DNA of 64,000 nucleotides from Lytechinus pictus (Eukaryota): contig NC_087250.1 in the NCBI RefSeq assembly GCF_037042905.1, positions 5,892,001 to 5,956,000 of the forward strand, written 5' to 3'. Numbering within the stretch: position 1 is the first letter of the stretch; each line of letters starts with the position of its first letter. The position numbers and the translations under genes are program-made. Positions 45,824-59,086 of the stretch are shown piece by piece. The notes under the pieces are model-generated. The model ran no database searches. It was not told the origin of the DNA and worked only from the letters and a program-made list of their open reading frames with translations.

Positions 45824-48800
45824 TAGGCACTTCAGTCGGGCGGGCGATCGCGCGGACACAGCGCTAGACGTAGATTTTTGCATTGCAGTGAATGGCGAGC
45901 GCCTATCTAACACACACAGTTCGCTCCGCTCGGCACTTTGGCCGAGCGCTGGAGTTGCATTCGGCATTGCTCGAAAAGACAGAGTCAGTTTCTTCCTTTA
46001 TTCCGCTGATTTTGATTGGTCGAAAATTCCCGCGGTTGCTTCGTACATCTTCGGTAAACATCGGAAATATACAAGACGGAGTCTCACTTACCTTCATGCG
46101 AGGGAAGGACCTAATATTCAGGTATTTATTTTTCTTTGCTTGAAATCACCTTCTTGTAATCATCGGATCCCTTGTAAACTCGGTCAGTAATAAAATTGTA
46201 TATTTGAGAACATTTTGTGAAATTCTAATCAAATTTGGTCCGTAGAGAGTTTGCGAATATGAGCTTCAGTTTTGAGAGTCATGAGGTATTTGTGAATCTG
46301 ACTCGGCCGATCGAGCAGGGTTGTTTTGAGCGTATACGAACAGCTGTGAGTGACGTCATCCCCACTGCGTTGGGCCTGAGATTAGTCTTGGTATTCAGAC
46401 ACAGTATGTTTCAGCCGTTGTATATTTTTTTAAATTACGATTTGAGCTCTGTTAATTATGAAAATCAAATTGTTATTTTGAAAATAATTTTGTAGAATTC
46501 GTGTGAAATAAGTATTAAGAGAGCAAAACTGCAAGTAAACTTCAAGAATTTTGTTTGATATGTGATTTTTTGTTGGAATGCGTCTGAATGTCTAGAATAT
46601 GGTATTGTTAATGAAAGTCGTATTTTTTAATGGCACAGAAAGCTCCTTGCATGAATTTAATTTAGAAATAGGTTTACATACATGAGATGTGTTTCATGAA
46701 TTTGATATCTGATTTATGGACCTTTGTTATGGTGTTAATTATTAATTTGAAGATATTATGAAAAAGTAAGAGAAGACAATAATGAGGCAATTAACAGTGA
46801 TGATGAGACATTAATAATATGAGACAATAAACATTGAGACAATTATAATAATTATTATGATTATAATGATAACAATTATAATTATAATGATAATAATTAT
46901 AATTGTAATAATTATTGAGACATCAATTCTAGTATTTATTGACAATAATAATTATTACAGTAATCATTATTATAATAAAATAATTGTAATGATAACAATT
47001 ATAATGATGTACTTTGAATTGTAATAATTACTGAGACAATAATATTAATGAGATATCAATAATAATCATTATAATAATAATACTTATAATTAAAATAAAT
47101 ATAATTGTAGAAACAATTATAATTATAGTAATTATAATTATAGGCCTTATAATTAATGAGACAATAATAACTATTATTACAATAATACTAATTATTATAA
47201 AATAATTATAATGATAACAATTATAATGAAAGTAATTATAATTGTAATAATTACTGAGACAGTAATATTGAAAGGTCATCAATAAGTATTATAAATATTA
47301 TTATGATTATAAAAATAATCATAATTATAATTAAAGGCCTTATAATTATTGAGACAAATAACTATTATTACAATAATAATTATAAAATAATTATAATGAT
47401 AACAATTATAATGAAAGTAATTGTACTTGTAATAATTACTGAGACAGTAATATTGATAAGTCATCAATAATTATTATTATTATAAAAATTATTATAATTA
47501 TAATTATAGGCCTTATAATTATTGAGACAATAATAATTATTATTTCAATAATAATTATCATTATGAAATAATAAATATTAAAAATAAATAACTATTATTA
47601 CAATAATACTAATTATTATAAAATAATTATAATGATAACAATTATAATGAAAGTAATTATAATTGTAATAATTACTGAGACAGTAATATTGAAAGGTCAT
47701 CAATAAGTATTATAAATATTATTATGATTATAAAAATAATCATAATTATAATTAAAGGCCTTATAATTATTGAGACAAATAACTATTATTACAATAATAA
47801 TTATAAAATAATTATAATGATAACAATTATAATGAAAGTAATTGTACTTGTAATAATTACTGAGACAGTAATATTGATAAGTCATCAATAATTATTATTA
47901 TTATAAAAATTATTATAATTATAATTATAATCATAATTATAATTATAGGCCTTATAATTATTGAGACAATAATAATTATTATTTCAATAATAATTATCAT
48001 TATGAAATAATTATAACAATAATTACTATGATAGTAATTATAATTGTAATAATTATTTAGAAAATAATATTAATGAAACAAAAATAATTATCATGATAAT
48101 AATTATTATAATTATAATACTAATTGGGACAATAATGAAACGATGATGAGACAATAATAATATCAACAATTTTATTGAGACCATAATAACAAGACAATAA
48201 TGAGATAATAGACAATTGAAATCAATCTGTTTTTATTTTTTTCTAGAAATCCTAAGATTATTATTTTAATTCTCTTTCCTTGATTACAAATTATATTCAT
48301 TGAAAACTTAATTTCTAATGTTCAAGCAAAGAAAATCAATATCAAGTCATGTTTACCCTGTGCACAAACCAACCACAGGGCAATTACCCCCGAAATAGGG
48401 TTAGGTTAGGTGTAGATTTTTGGATAGGGGTACAGTGTAGTTGTCCGGGGGGGGGGGGGGGTAATTGTCCAGGGTGGGTGGGGGGTGGGGGGAAGGGGAA
48501 TTGTCCGAGGGTGGGGAGTGGGGGGTTATCGTCCAGGGGTAGTTGCCCTTGAACCAAAGAAATCATATGCCAATATGTCAAATCAATCTGAGTACTTTAA
48601 GATTTAAATAAAAAGCTTGTACAATTCCCCATATGATATGTATTATAAATGTGCCATGCCCAAAACAAAGAGAATAATAAGATTTCGCAATCTTCTTTTG
48701 TCCACAAAAAGGCCTGTTTTTTCATCACAAAGATGACAATAACTCGACTTCTAGATATCGGAATTTGAAAATTCAAACAGTTTTGTGAATCGTAGATATT

Positions 48801-48866
48801 GAGCCTCATTGACAGCCCATCAAATATGCTGGAACAGCCTTTCCTAATTTTCACCTGAAGTGCCTA
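45824..48866. mobile_element. 3.0-kb non-autonomous DNA transposon, 12-bp TIR, 7-bp TSD
   Basis: TAGGCACTTCAG / CTGAAGTGCCTA; CTCCCAC duplicated; single copy of the site in the intact host at ~50127. Confidence 0.85.
46790..48215. repeat. Extremely AT-rich (AAT/ATT) satellite with a recurring GAGACAAT motif and a ~421-bp internal duplication
   Basis: Identical 62-aa ORF translations at 47279 and 47700 mark the duplication. Confidence 0.9.
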
Positions 48867-49714
48867 CTCCCACATTGGAGACAGTCTCCAATATTGGCCG
48901 TGCGCCTCTACTGTACAATGCAAAATCCCCCCGTCGGGGCTCTTCAATTTTTTTCTTTAAAAAAATTAAGGAATAAAAGTTGAAAATTAACGCGACCGAA
49001 ATGGAAATGCAAATTAATATTCCCTCTTGGCATAAATTGCCCCAAAACGGGGGAAAAATCAAGTTAAAAGGAACAAAAACAGTGACTTACCTCCTGTTTT
49101 ATCCGAACTTAGTAAGTTAGGATGGGGGGTCGGGTGTCCGTACACTATGATTTTGAAGCCTTCTTTTTTGTCTTTGGATTACACTAAAAATATGAATTCA
49201 ATAAAAAAAACTAGTTGTAATCATCTTCCATTTTGTTCTCTATAATATTTCCTTACATTTTGCACTAAAAGTAAAAATTGATGAAACTTCGCTTGTAAAT
49301 TTTTCCAAATGACTTTCTAAAATTGATCTTCCGGACACACAACCTGTCCGGACACACAACAACTGGGTATACATAAACATATGGCCATTGAGTCCCTGTA
49401 CAGATGGCGCTAGAACTTTGGTCTCTGTATTTGGTGAGTGAAGCCGACAGAGTTCAGCTGAACAACCAACATAACAAAAACAGAGACCGAAGCTTTTGGT
49501 CTAGGCTGTGGCTAGACCAAAAGCTTCAGACTCTGTCTGTATTTTGGTTGTTCCGCTGAACTGCGTTGGCTCACTCACCAATGTTATGAATGGGTGAATG
49601 GGGATGATAGTAAAATGTCAGAAATTGTTGAATAAATCCCAGAAACAACGGTTATTCCTGTCTAGGCCGTGGCATGGCCATGTTTGCAAAAACTTAAGTA
49701 ATGTTGTCGTTAGG

Positions 49715-50173
49715 CAGTAGAGGCGCACGGCCAATATGGGAGACTCTCTCCAAGGCAATAGGGGAGACAATCTCCCAAATTGGAGACTTGCTTTGCAAAA
49801 GGACAAAAGAAACAACACCAACAAAAGCTTGTTTTTTTCCACCCAAAATTTTGTCTCACTGAGGTCAGAAGCCCGTTTGTTTTGTGTGTGATTTACATGT
49901 ACAACAAAAATCCTTATCAAAACAAAAGTATATACGGTGAATTTTTAAAGTAGACGGTGAAAAGGGGTAATTTTGCACGAGGAATCAGCTTATCACATTT
50001 TTATTTGCCGCCAAGGTAATCCTTTTGCAGCAAATGTAAATAAAGGAAATTGGTCTCCAAAACTGGAGACCGTCTCTGAAATCGGATACCCAAATTCTTT
50101 ACAAAAGTCTCTGATATTGGAGATATCTCCCACATTGGGGACAGTCTCCAATATTGGCATTGCGCCTCTACTG
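49715..50173. mobile_element. Intact 459-bp MITE with 5-bp TSD
   Basis: cagtagaggcgca...tgcgcctctactg; TSD TTAGG. Confidence 0.88.
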
Positions 50174-52070
50174 TTAGGTATAGCATAGGCCTACATTAAA
50201 ATTGAACTGAAGACAAGCGAAGATTAAATATGATTGAATAGATATTGAATTAAAAAAGAAGTGCATGCCAAATTTGCACAGGTACTGTACGGCAACGGTG
50301 ATGTCTGTAGTGTTGACTGTTGTCATGTCTGGTGGCGATGCAACAAAATTCTTGAAATGACGATGTTGATGATCATGATATGACCGAGGGGGGGGGGGGG
50401 TACTCAGTATAAATGTATGATACGTATGTGCCGTGGTTGAGACCCCCTTTTTCAGCCTAAATTTCCATTCCATATTCCAGAGCATCACCAATTCAGGCAG
50501 CCAGAGCTGAGCCTGAGATGTTCCCATTTTTTCCTGTTCCGGAGACCCTCAAATTTGTAATTTCTCACTCCAGGAAGCACCCGTCATGACTGATCTACTC
50601 AGCCGGTCAGAGCGCGGAGCCCTTATATCGGCCTGGCCCGCCGCTAGCTTGCGCTGGTCTGATATGAATCTCGCAAGATCATGAAGATGTCAGCGCGTCT
50701 AGCCGCTACCGATTACGCCTACGTATGAGTTTCGGAGACCCCTGTTTTTGATGTGATCCAAGAGCCGCTCCGGAGACTTTCATTTTAAAACCAAGATTTA
50801 GTTCCAGAGCCCCCTATTTTTTTTTTTTTGGCGTAGCACAAAGGTATCATGTAATAATTTGAGTACCCACCGCCCCCCCCCCCCCCCCCCCCGCGGGATC
50901 ATGATTATGAATGAATGAAGATGGTGATGATGACATTGATCACTCACAGTTAGTAACCTCGCACACAGAACCGTGTTTGGCAGTGGATCCCGCGTGCTGC
51001 GACGCCACTTCTGGCATCCACAATATGCGACTTCTATGGCTTTATGTTTCTGTGCGCGGCAGCATGTAATTAACCCTTTCATTGGATGTTGATTTGATAA
51101 TTATGCCTTTAAAATCTAATTGTCATATGCACTTAACATCCGACTTCCAGTATCGTTTCCATGGAGATGGGAATAATAAAAATGAACAGAATGATGAAGA
51201 TTTTTCGCTTAGTCTGCTATTCACTGCACTTACACTAGTGATTCAACTAACTTTTACATGTGCATGTATGGTAAGGGACCGTATTTTTATTATTGAGGTC
51301 CGTTCGCATGCAGGAGAACGCTGGACAGTTTCAAGAACGGGTTCCGACGATTTGTGGGCGTGGCAATGAACTTGTGGGTGTGGCAATGAACTTATCAGGC
51401 GGAACGAAGCGGAATGGTGATCGGCGGAATGCAGGAGAATGGTACCCAGTCACATCCTGGCGTCAGAGATGTGAGAATCGCGGAACGAAGCGGAATAGGA
51501 CCTAGTCACAGCGCACGAGCAAAACTGGTGCGCCGAGGATCTCGGCGCCGGCCGGTATAGAATGCTCGCTCAGCTTAGCTCTCAAGAAAACAGCGGCATG
51601 AGTACAAGTGCGCTTGCTTTAATTTAATCTAGAAGTAAATTATCAGTTGATGCTTTACCACCATTATCAATATCCTTTCTTCCCTTATTCCCTTTCTCGT
51701 GCATGTGATATGTGTGACACTTGACTGAGGCCCGTATTTTGTTTTGGATTCGAGTACTAGTATGGAGGCGAAGTGTGTTCGAACATCCAACCTCCATGGT
51801 TCAAAGTAACTACCGGTAGTTGTGTCGCGTCGGACGTGATTTTGGTTGGTTGATTGATATTATTTTTTGCAGAGGGGGGGGGGGGGTCATTAATTTTTTT
51901 TCTCCCATTGCCTGCATTGTGATATGAAATGATTTTGTTACAATTATTTTCTGCATTTGATGAATCATTGTATGCCTTTCTTCAATTATTATTTTGACAT
52001 GAATTCATGAATTCTAGATTTACTGTACTCCAACGGGTATGAATTGAATTAATTACCGTAAGATGAAAAT

Positions 52071-55000
52071 GGGCCATTCCGGTTAAGGAGAGAAAACGGC
52101 AAGGTCAAAATCGAGCCCCTCCCCCAAAAATATATATCAACATAAGAAATTTGTAGTGAGTGAATTATTATTCACCAGTCCTGTAGAGATAGCAGTGATA
52201 ACTTCAAGACGGAAATTTTTTTCATTGTTGAGAATTTTACGATTTAAGTATGAATTTCTCCCCAAAAATGTACTGAAAATTTGGACAAACAGAATATATA
52301 CTTAAACAAACTGGAATAAAACAAAATTAAAGACAAACGTGATGGAGTTGGATTACCATAAAGAAGTCTGATGTGTATGTTTGTTGATAATTCCAACTAA
52401 ATTGTTGACATGTTTTACGTTTCAGAAATATTGCCGTTTGAAAAACTAGTATTGAGACGTTACCATGTCCGTCCCCTGATATTAGATTCATTAATCTCTT
52501 ATTATATCGAGCCTGTAAATCATCTTGTCTTTCTTAACCTTATCATATTATACACTCATGAGGACTCTTTCAATCCCATATGGTATGATCAGATATTCCA
52601 TGTACGAGAGATATGAAAATGTACTTTCAAAAATCTGATATTTTTGTCCGTCCCCTTCGTAACGTCCCAACTTTCAAGTTTCTACCACACACACGATACG
52701 AGATTCATCTCAAAAGTTCTTGAGCACGTGCGCCGGTCAACCCTGTTCATACACATACAAAATTTTCCATGTGTGTTTTCAGTCACGTAGTCCCAGGGAG
52801 AAAAAAAGCTTGTCCGTCCCTTCAATATGTTTGCCGTAACGTCTAAACTTTCGTGCTTTGTCTTGGGTGATTGTTATGTTTTGGTGTTGATTTCTCGTAT
52901 TTTGTCGCGGTGTGTTGATTGATTAGTGATATTTTTCCGTACTACCCTCATTTCTAAACGTATTTGTAAAGATATCCAATGATTTTCTTTCTTTATTAGA
53001 ATATAATTTGCATTTACTTGAATATATGTTATCAAATTACGACGACCTAAATATTGATGATTATTACAAATATTAAGGAAAAATCTACGTAATTCTAAAA
53101 ATGGCCGGGAATGTAGTAATCAAGAGATGTAGTCTTGTTGGGAGTTTCATTCTGAACAAACAAATAAAAAGAATATATATAGTTAAGGAGATAATCCGGA
53201 CAATTATATAGATATCATGACGACGTTACTCATTTGATGTGGACATGATTTGAGGGTGTCCACCGTCGCGTCTCAAACTAAAAAAGTTTACTTACATGCA
53301 TAATCGATACTTTTATTTAATTCTGATCTACAATCATATCTAGTTGGCAAGATTATCGAATTCTTATTCTTCATAATGCTGCAAAATAAAGCAAGAAGTT
53401 TTCTTACCTTTTTGCCATGCTTCACCTTCGCTAGGACGTTATTCTGAATCACAAAGACATGTCCAATATTTTATCCAATGACGTCCAAATTGTAAAAACG
53501 GCACATCGTACATTATCTACTCTTTTATAGATAAAATGTGTATTTCCATAATAAATCTTACGACTGCCCATACCTTCCGAGACACTTAAAAAGGTTTTAT
53601 AAATTTTACATGTAAACAAAATGATGTAAAAGGCACTAGAACAGACTAGACGTTATGATCTCCATGAGGACACTGTAGAATTAAATGTCCGCAATAACGT
53701 CCTCGTAACAATTATGTATTTTACCATATTTAGTTTTATATTTATTTCAAAAACATATCAAAATCTTCTAATCGTTCTCAGAAAAAACGTTTAAATCACA
53801 GTCAGGCTTTACGTTTATAAAGTGATCACCGTATGAGATGTTTATGGCTGCTCTCTTTACTTCAGACGTTATGATTTTAAACGACAATGTCTTCCGTAAC
53901 GTCGCACGACTTTTACACCATAATTTGTTGCTGGTGATTCTTTAGATTTAGGTGGTTGTTTTATTCACATGAATTCATGAAATAGTGCTTTCAAGCAACT
54001 TTGATTTTCTGTTCTAGAATTAAAAAAAACAATCGAAAGATATAAAAACTACAAATTAGACGTTACGACTTTGACGATGGACATTGCCAAAAATGTGTCG
54101 CATATATAATTTTAATAATGCTTGAAATTGTCTTTATTTTCATTTGTTTTACCTCGCAATAAACTAGTATTCAAGAGTTGAAAAAAAAAGTTAATTTAGG
54201 CATACAGTATCAAGCGATGCACGATGTGACAAGTGTCCTTTTAAGACGTTATTTATTCTTTTTAATATTCCACAATGTCTCATATAAAATTCAGGATTTT
54301 TGGAAAGTGGCGGCTAAATTTTTTGACATCGAGGGCTGCGAAACGGGATGAAAGTCGGGGGGGGGGGGGTGGTCGACCATGCAAAAAAAAATCAAAATCA
54401 GATGTTTTTTTCTGATGGGATAAAGCCATCCCAGCGCCCCCCCCCCCGTTCTGGGACCCCTGGTATCAGCGGCGGTTTGGATTTAGGTGCCCAAATTATG
54501 TCAATGTTGTGTGGCCAATGTTGTAATTCGAATTGTGACAGAATTCCATTTTCTTCTCTTTTGACAATAAAATTATAATCTTGCTTTAATCAAATGTATT
54601 TTATTTTATTTTATTTTGGATTCTGAAACAAATGTATTGAATAAACATATTTTAATGGTTCGCTACCTAAAAAGATATTTTATACGGTTTCATTTGTTCC
54701 TGAATGTACCATGCGGCGGATCCGGATATGACAAGGGGCTCAAACTGATGACTTCCCAACAAAATTGATATTTTTTTATGTTCTAAAACTATTCAAGTTG
54801 GTTTTTGGACGTTTTGTGTAAACATTTTATGGAAGTCAACATGTGGTAGGTTTTAGACGTTTTAACACCTTTTTTTAAACGTCAAAATAACCCCCTCCCC
54901 CAAAAAAAACATTTAAAAAACTTTCGGAAGTTCGATGAGATGATGATGGTGATGATAATGATGATTGATGGTGATGATGATGATAATGACAATGAAGGTA

Positions 55001-56449
55001 ACAATTTTGCACAATGGAGATCCGATTAATGGTCGTAATGACAAGAATGATGTGAAATCATTTTAACAAGCTTTCTGCCTTTTTATTGCATCCCCGATTT
55101 CCTATCAATTATCTTTCAATTTGTATGAAATATGTGCCAACAAATAATATCACTTTTGTTTAAATTTATTAGATTTTTATTCTCATTGTTATATTCTCGA
55201 TCTTTGTCTGATGATTATTTTATCACCCAGTACTTTTAATGAATTTGAAATAAATGCTGAATTGATATTGACAACTCATTGTAGCATGAATAATCGGCAT
55301 TATAGGCCTACGCAATAAAAAAGATGGTTCATTGAGGGCAGAAATTCTGTCAAAGGATGCATTTATAAACGATACAAGACACAAAATTGTTTTTTTAAAG
55401 ACACATCACGCGAGACTTTTTACCTTTTATTATTTTCTTTTCCAATTTCATTCAAGGATTTCATCACGAAATTGTTATTTAAAAAAAAGACACATCACGC
55501 GAGACTTTTTTCCTTTTATTATTCTCTTTTCCATAATTTCATCACAGCATCAATCAATCAAAACATTCACAACCTAAATTATAAAAAAATAAAAATAATT
55601 CTTATCAGGCGCTTTTCCAAAAGTTGAAAAGTGATATACATCAGCCATTAAAAACAAATTGATTGCATGGATGTAACCACGTTATTTTGATATTGTTCCT
55701 ATTTTCAATCAAATTTATTTGTTTATTCTATACATTATATTTCATTAGTTACTTTTAGTTCTTTCGTTAGAATTTATCTATTTCAATTTTATGATTATCA
55801 ATTCTCCCCCCCCCGTAATGTTACCGTGTCATTAATTTGCGTTGAAACAGTCACATCGTTTGTAAAGCCGAGAAAATTTCCTTTTCTTTTTTTTTGTTGA
55901 AAATTTGTTCCTTCATTAGCACCGTAACGTTTCAACTGGGGACACGCGAATTGTCTTCGCCAAAGCGAAGAATTGCTGCACAAAACTCGATGTTTCTGTC
56001 TTTTATTTACTGGTATTTCATCAAATATCAGAGATGTTTGTCATTTAAAGGCACTTTCAAGTCATATTTTGGAATTATGCAATTTATTTCGATATCGCTT
56101 AGAGTAACGTCCCAACATACCGGCGTATCGAAGATTGCGCTTGCTACTGAGCTTGGCAGCGCAAACTAGTGCTTCGATCACCTCCGAGTTTCTTCTATGA
56201 TCGACTTTATGCGTAAAAACAACGAAAATTTTCCTTATTTATTCATTTTTATGCATGTCCACTCGGGAAGAGTAACGTCCCAACATTTTTAGAAATCAGG
56301 TGATATTGTGAAATAGACATGCCAGCTTATCTTTTCCTTATCTGAACCAGTTTACCGATGTGTTGGCCTATCTAAAACACATGAAAAACCAAGCCTAGCG
56401 AGTACTTTATTTTTCGACCCCTTTGTCCAAGTCTTAACCGGAATGGCCC
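52071..56449. mobile_element. 4.4-kb non-autonomous DNA transposon, 17-bp TIR, 4-bp AAAT TSD (Sola1-like by TSD pattern)
   Basis: GGGCCATTCCGGTTAAG / CTTAACCGGAATGGCCC; AAAT on both sides; no long ORF. Confidence 0.82.
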
Positions 56450-59086
56450 AAATACGAATTGGAATATAGCGAAATTCCATAAAGATTTGACCCAACATAC
56501 CGGTACTAAGAATATCTGGCTTCCAATGCCTAGAAATGGGCCACATCACGCGTCTTCCAAATGAGTGCCAGTTGGTAAACTGTCATAAAGTCATTTTCAT
56601 AAGGTGTTAATTATTTTGAAGTCCACCTATATGTTTTAAGCAACCTCATAATAGAATAGCCTTTAATTAAAAAAAAACCCAAAACAAACAAACCGTTCGG
56701 CAGGAGGCAAGGTCATGCAGGGCGACCTGACGGAGGGAGAGAGATTAGAAGAGGGAGACGGGTGGAATCGACTAGAAGTGGTGTGATTTATTGATTAAAA
56801 AGTGAACTTTTCTGATTTATTATATTTTGTGTGTGTGTGTGTTGGGGGGGGGGGGGGTGACTGAGGTTGACCAACGAGTATTAGACCCTTGTACTATTTT
56901 CGTTAAAACGTAGTCCAACACAACTGCAGGCAAAAAAAGGATATCTACGTATAACTCGACAATGAAAAAAACACCAAAGAATAAGTAATTTCACAGAAGG
57001 TTTAATGGCAATTTGACAGATTTATTAATTTCCTGATAGCATACATTATCCCATCAAATGACAATGTGTTTATTTTTTTCAACTGTTGAACATGTCGCTC
57101 ACAACCCATGAACGAGGCATGAAGACGGCATATCATATATCAAGCCATTTTCCAGTATAATCTGCTCATCCCCACTCTCTTTCTCTCTCCCATCCCTCCA
57201 TGGTTTGGAGATCGAGAGGCTCTTGTAATCACCTTTGCATTACTAACTTACGCTCCAGTGGGACTTAGAATTTGCACAAAAGACTACTCTGGGATATCGG
57301 AGGTTGACTAGAATTTTGTCAACCTGGGGGGGGGGGGGGGGGCTGGGGTTCATAGGCTTATTTTGTCTTACATGTAGAAATCAATTTACATCGCCAGAAT
57401 GTAATCCAACGAGAATAGGGGAACGGAGCTTTAAGAAAAGATTCCTTCGTGATATTAAACAAAATTATTTATTCCTTGATAGCAAATTTAACGTTTCTAG
57501 TAGTTCCAGCATAACCATGGAGTAAAAGTAGTTTTATGAAGACATCTCGAGTGGGAATTTCCACCCCGGCCCCCTCTCTTTAATACATCTTCAGCTCGCC
57601 CCTTGGAGTACGGCTGGGGGTGTGTATTGACGCAAAAACTCTTCCACACTCCGTCATGAAAAAGAGAATCAATGATACAGGTTTGTGTCGAATGAACAAA
57701 ACAAAAATAAACATTATTCGGCCGATCGGTCAGACCATAGATAAGCATAGCAACATACATTTAACAATACTAAATCATATTCAAGAAATGCATGCAAATG
57801 AAAAAAAAATTGACAAAGCGTCACTCAATTATTATGACAGCAGCAGCCGGGGGGGGTACCCATTCTGCTGTGTCCGAAATTCGTCGAAAAGTCAGTTATA
57901 GAATTGATCATATTCTGTCAAATGAATCTAAAACTTCGAGATAATATATTCAAAACGCGACAAAACCCGAGTGATCACAATGAGAGGTGAAGAGGTGGGG
58001 GGGGGGGGGGGGTACGTGAGATCGAGTATCAACGAGAAATTAACCCCTGCGAGTGTGCTCCACATGCATTACTAATAGTATGCATTACACGTATCGTGTG
58101 TGTGTGCATACAGCATGCAAAGCTGTGTATACGCGCTCTATCTATAAATAGAAAATATGAATACTAATTAGGTGAAATCGTATGCGCGTACACCGTATAC
58201 GTGCATGCTATGATTGCATACATAAATGCATACACGTAGATATTCTATATGGAGCTAGGGCCAGGGGTTTGATTTTAGTGCCCATGTATATATGGGCATG
58301 GCCTGCATGTATTCGCCCTAAATTTAATCATCTATTATATTTTGTGTTACCCTCATACACTACATTTCCTAGTTTTGCAATAACCAAGACGTGCCATTTC
58401 ACTAAATAAGACCTTTGTATATTTTCCCTTTATTCATTCATTGAATTAATTAGCTTAATGCAAGTTTTATTACCCCTACAAACTGACACTAAATAATGTT
58501 CCTGTAACATGATCATTAATTTATGCATTCTGCTCTTGCTTCGCTCTCGCATTATTTATTTGAGGCTATATTTTTTGGGAGGGCAGTTCAAATCTCAAAT
58601 TTTCATAAGACATAACAAAAAGCCTTATATGCTTCCCACTTGATCATTAATTTACTTTCTTAGACTTTCTTTAATTAATGCACTGTATGCACAAACGTAT
58701 TCATGTTTACCGTTTTTCAATGCATGTGAATAAAAATGATTTAGAATTTATATTTCATTAATCAGGAATGTTGCACGAACAGTCCATCTACATTTCAACC
58801 TTCATTCATCGTCACTCCTGTATAATTGGAAAATATGTCAAATGGTTCAGTTGTCATTTTAAAAGATGTAAAACTAAAATTAAGGACAACCCAGGGCCTT
58901 AGGCCCTATCTTTATTTGCATACTTGTTCTTATTGATTTAATTCATTTTCGATTCTTGTGAGATCTCATTTCATACCATTATCATTGTTGCCATTATTAC
59001 ACGATGGATCATTGGTCTTAACTAAGGCCCGTCGATGGATCATGAACTAAAGGCCCGACGAGTTAAGGATCATTGGTCTTTTATAA

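Larger units (their letters stand above)
44488..48913. mobile_element. MITE with 5-bp TSD, expanded by two nested insertions
   Basis: TIR cagtagaggcgcacggccaatat / atattggccgtgcgcctctactg; TSD TACAA; intact copy at 49715-50173. Confidence 0.88.
43597..49503. mobile_element. Large foldback-type element: long inverted arms (43597-44245 and 48914-49503) enclosing nested insertions
   Basis: tagaccaa..agcttcggtctctg..cagctgaactc..ggtaagtcactgtttttgttcc..gagccccgacggggggattttgcattg on the left is present as reverse complement on the right. Confidence 0.78.

Noticed and set aside
47028..47888. Tyr/Asn/Ile-rich ORFs
   Set aside because: Products of the AT-rich satellite and its duplication.
51762..51810. 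Possible first exon (MEAKCVRTSNLHGSK, donor GTAACT)
   Set aside because: Weak donor, no recognisable homology and no partner exons found.
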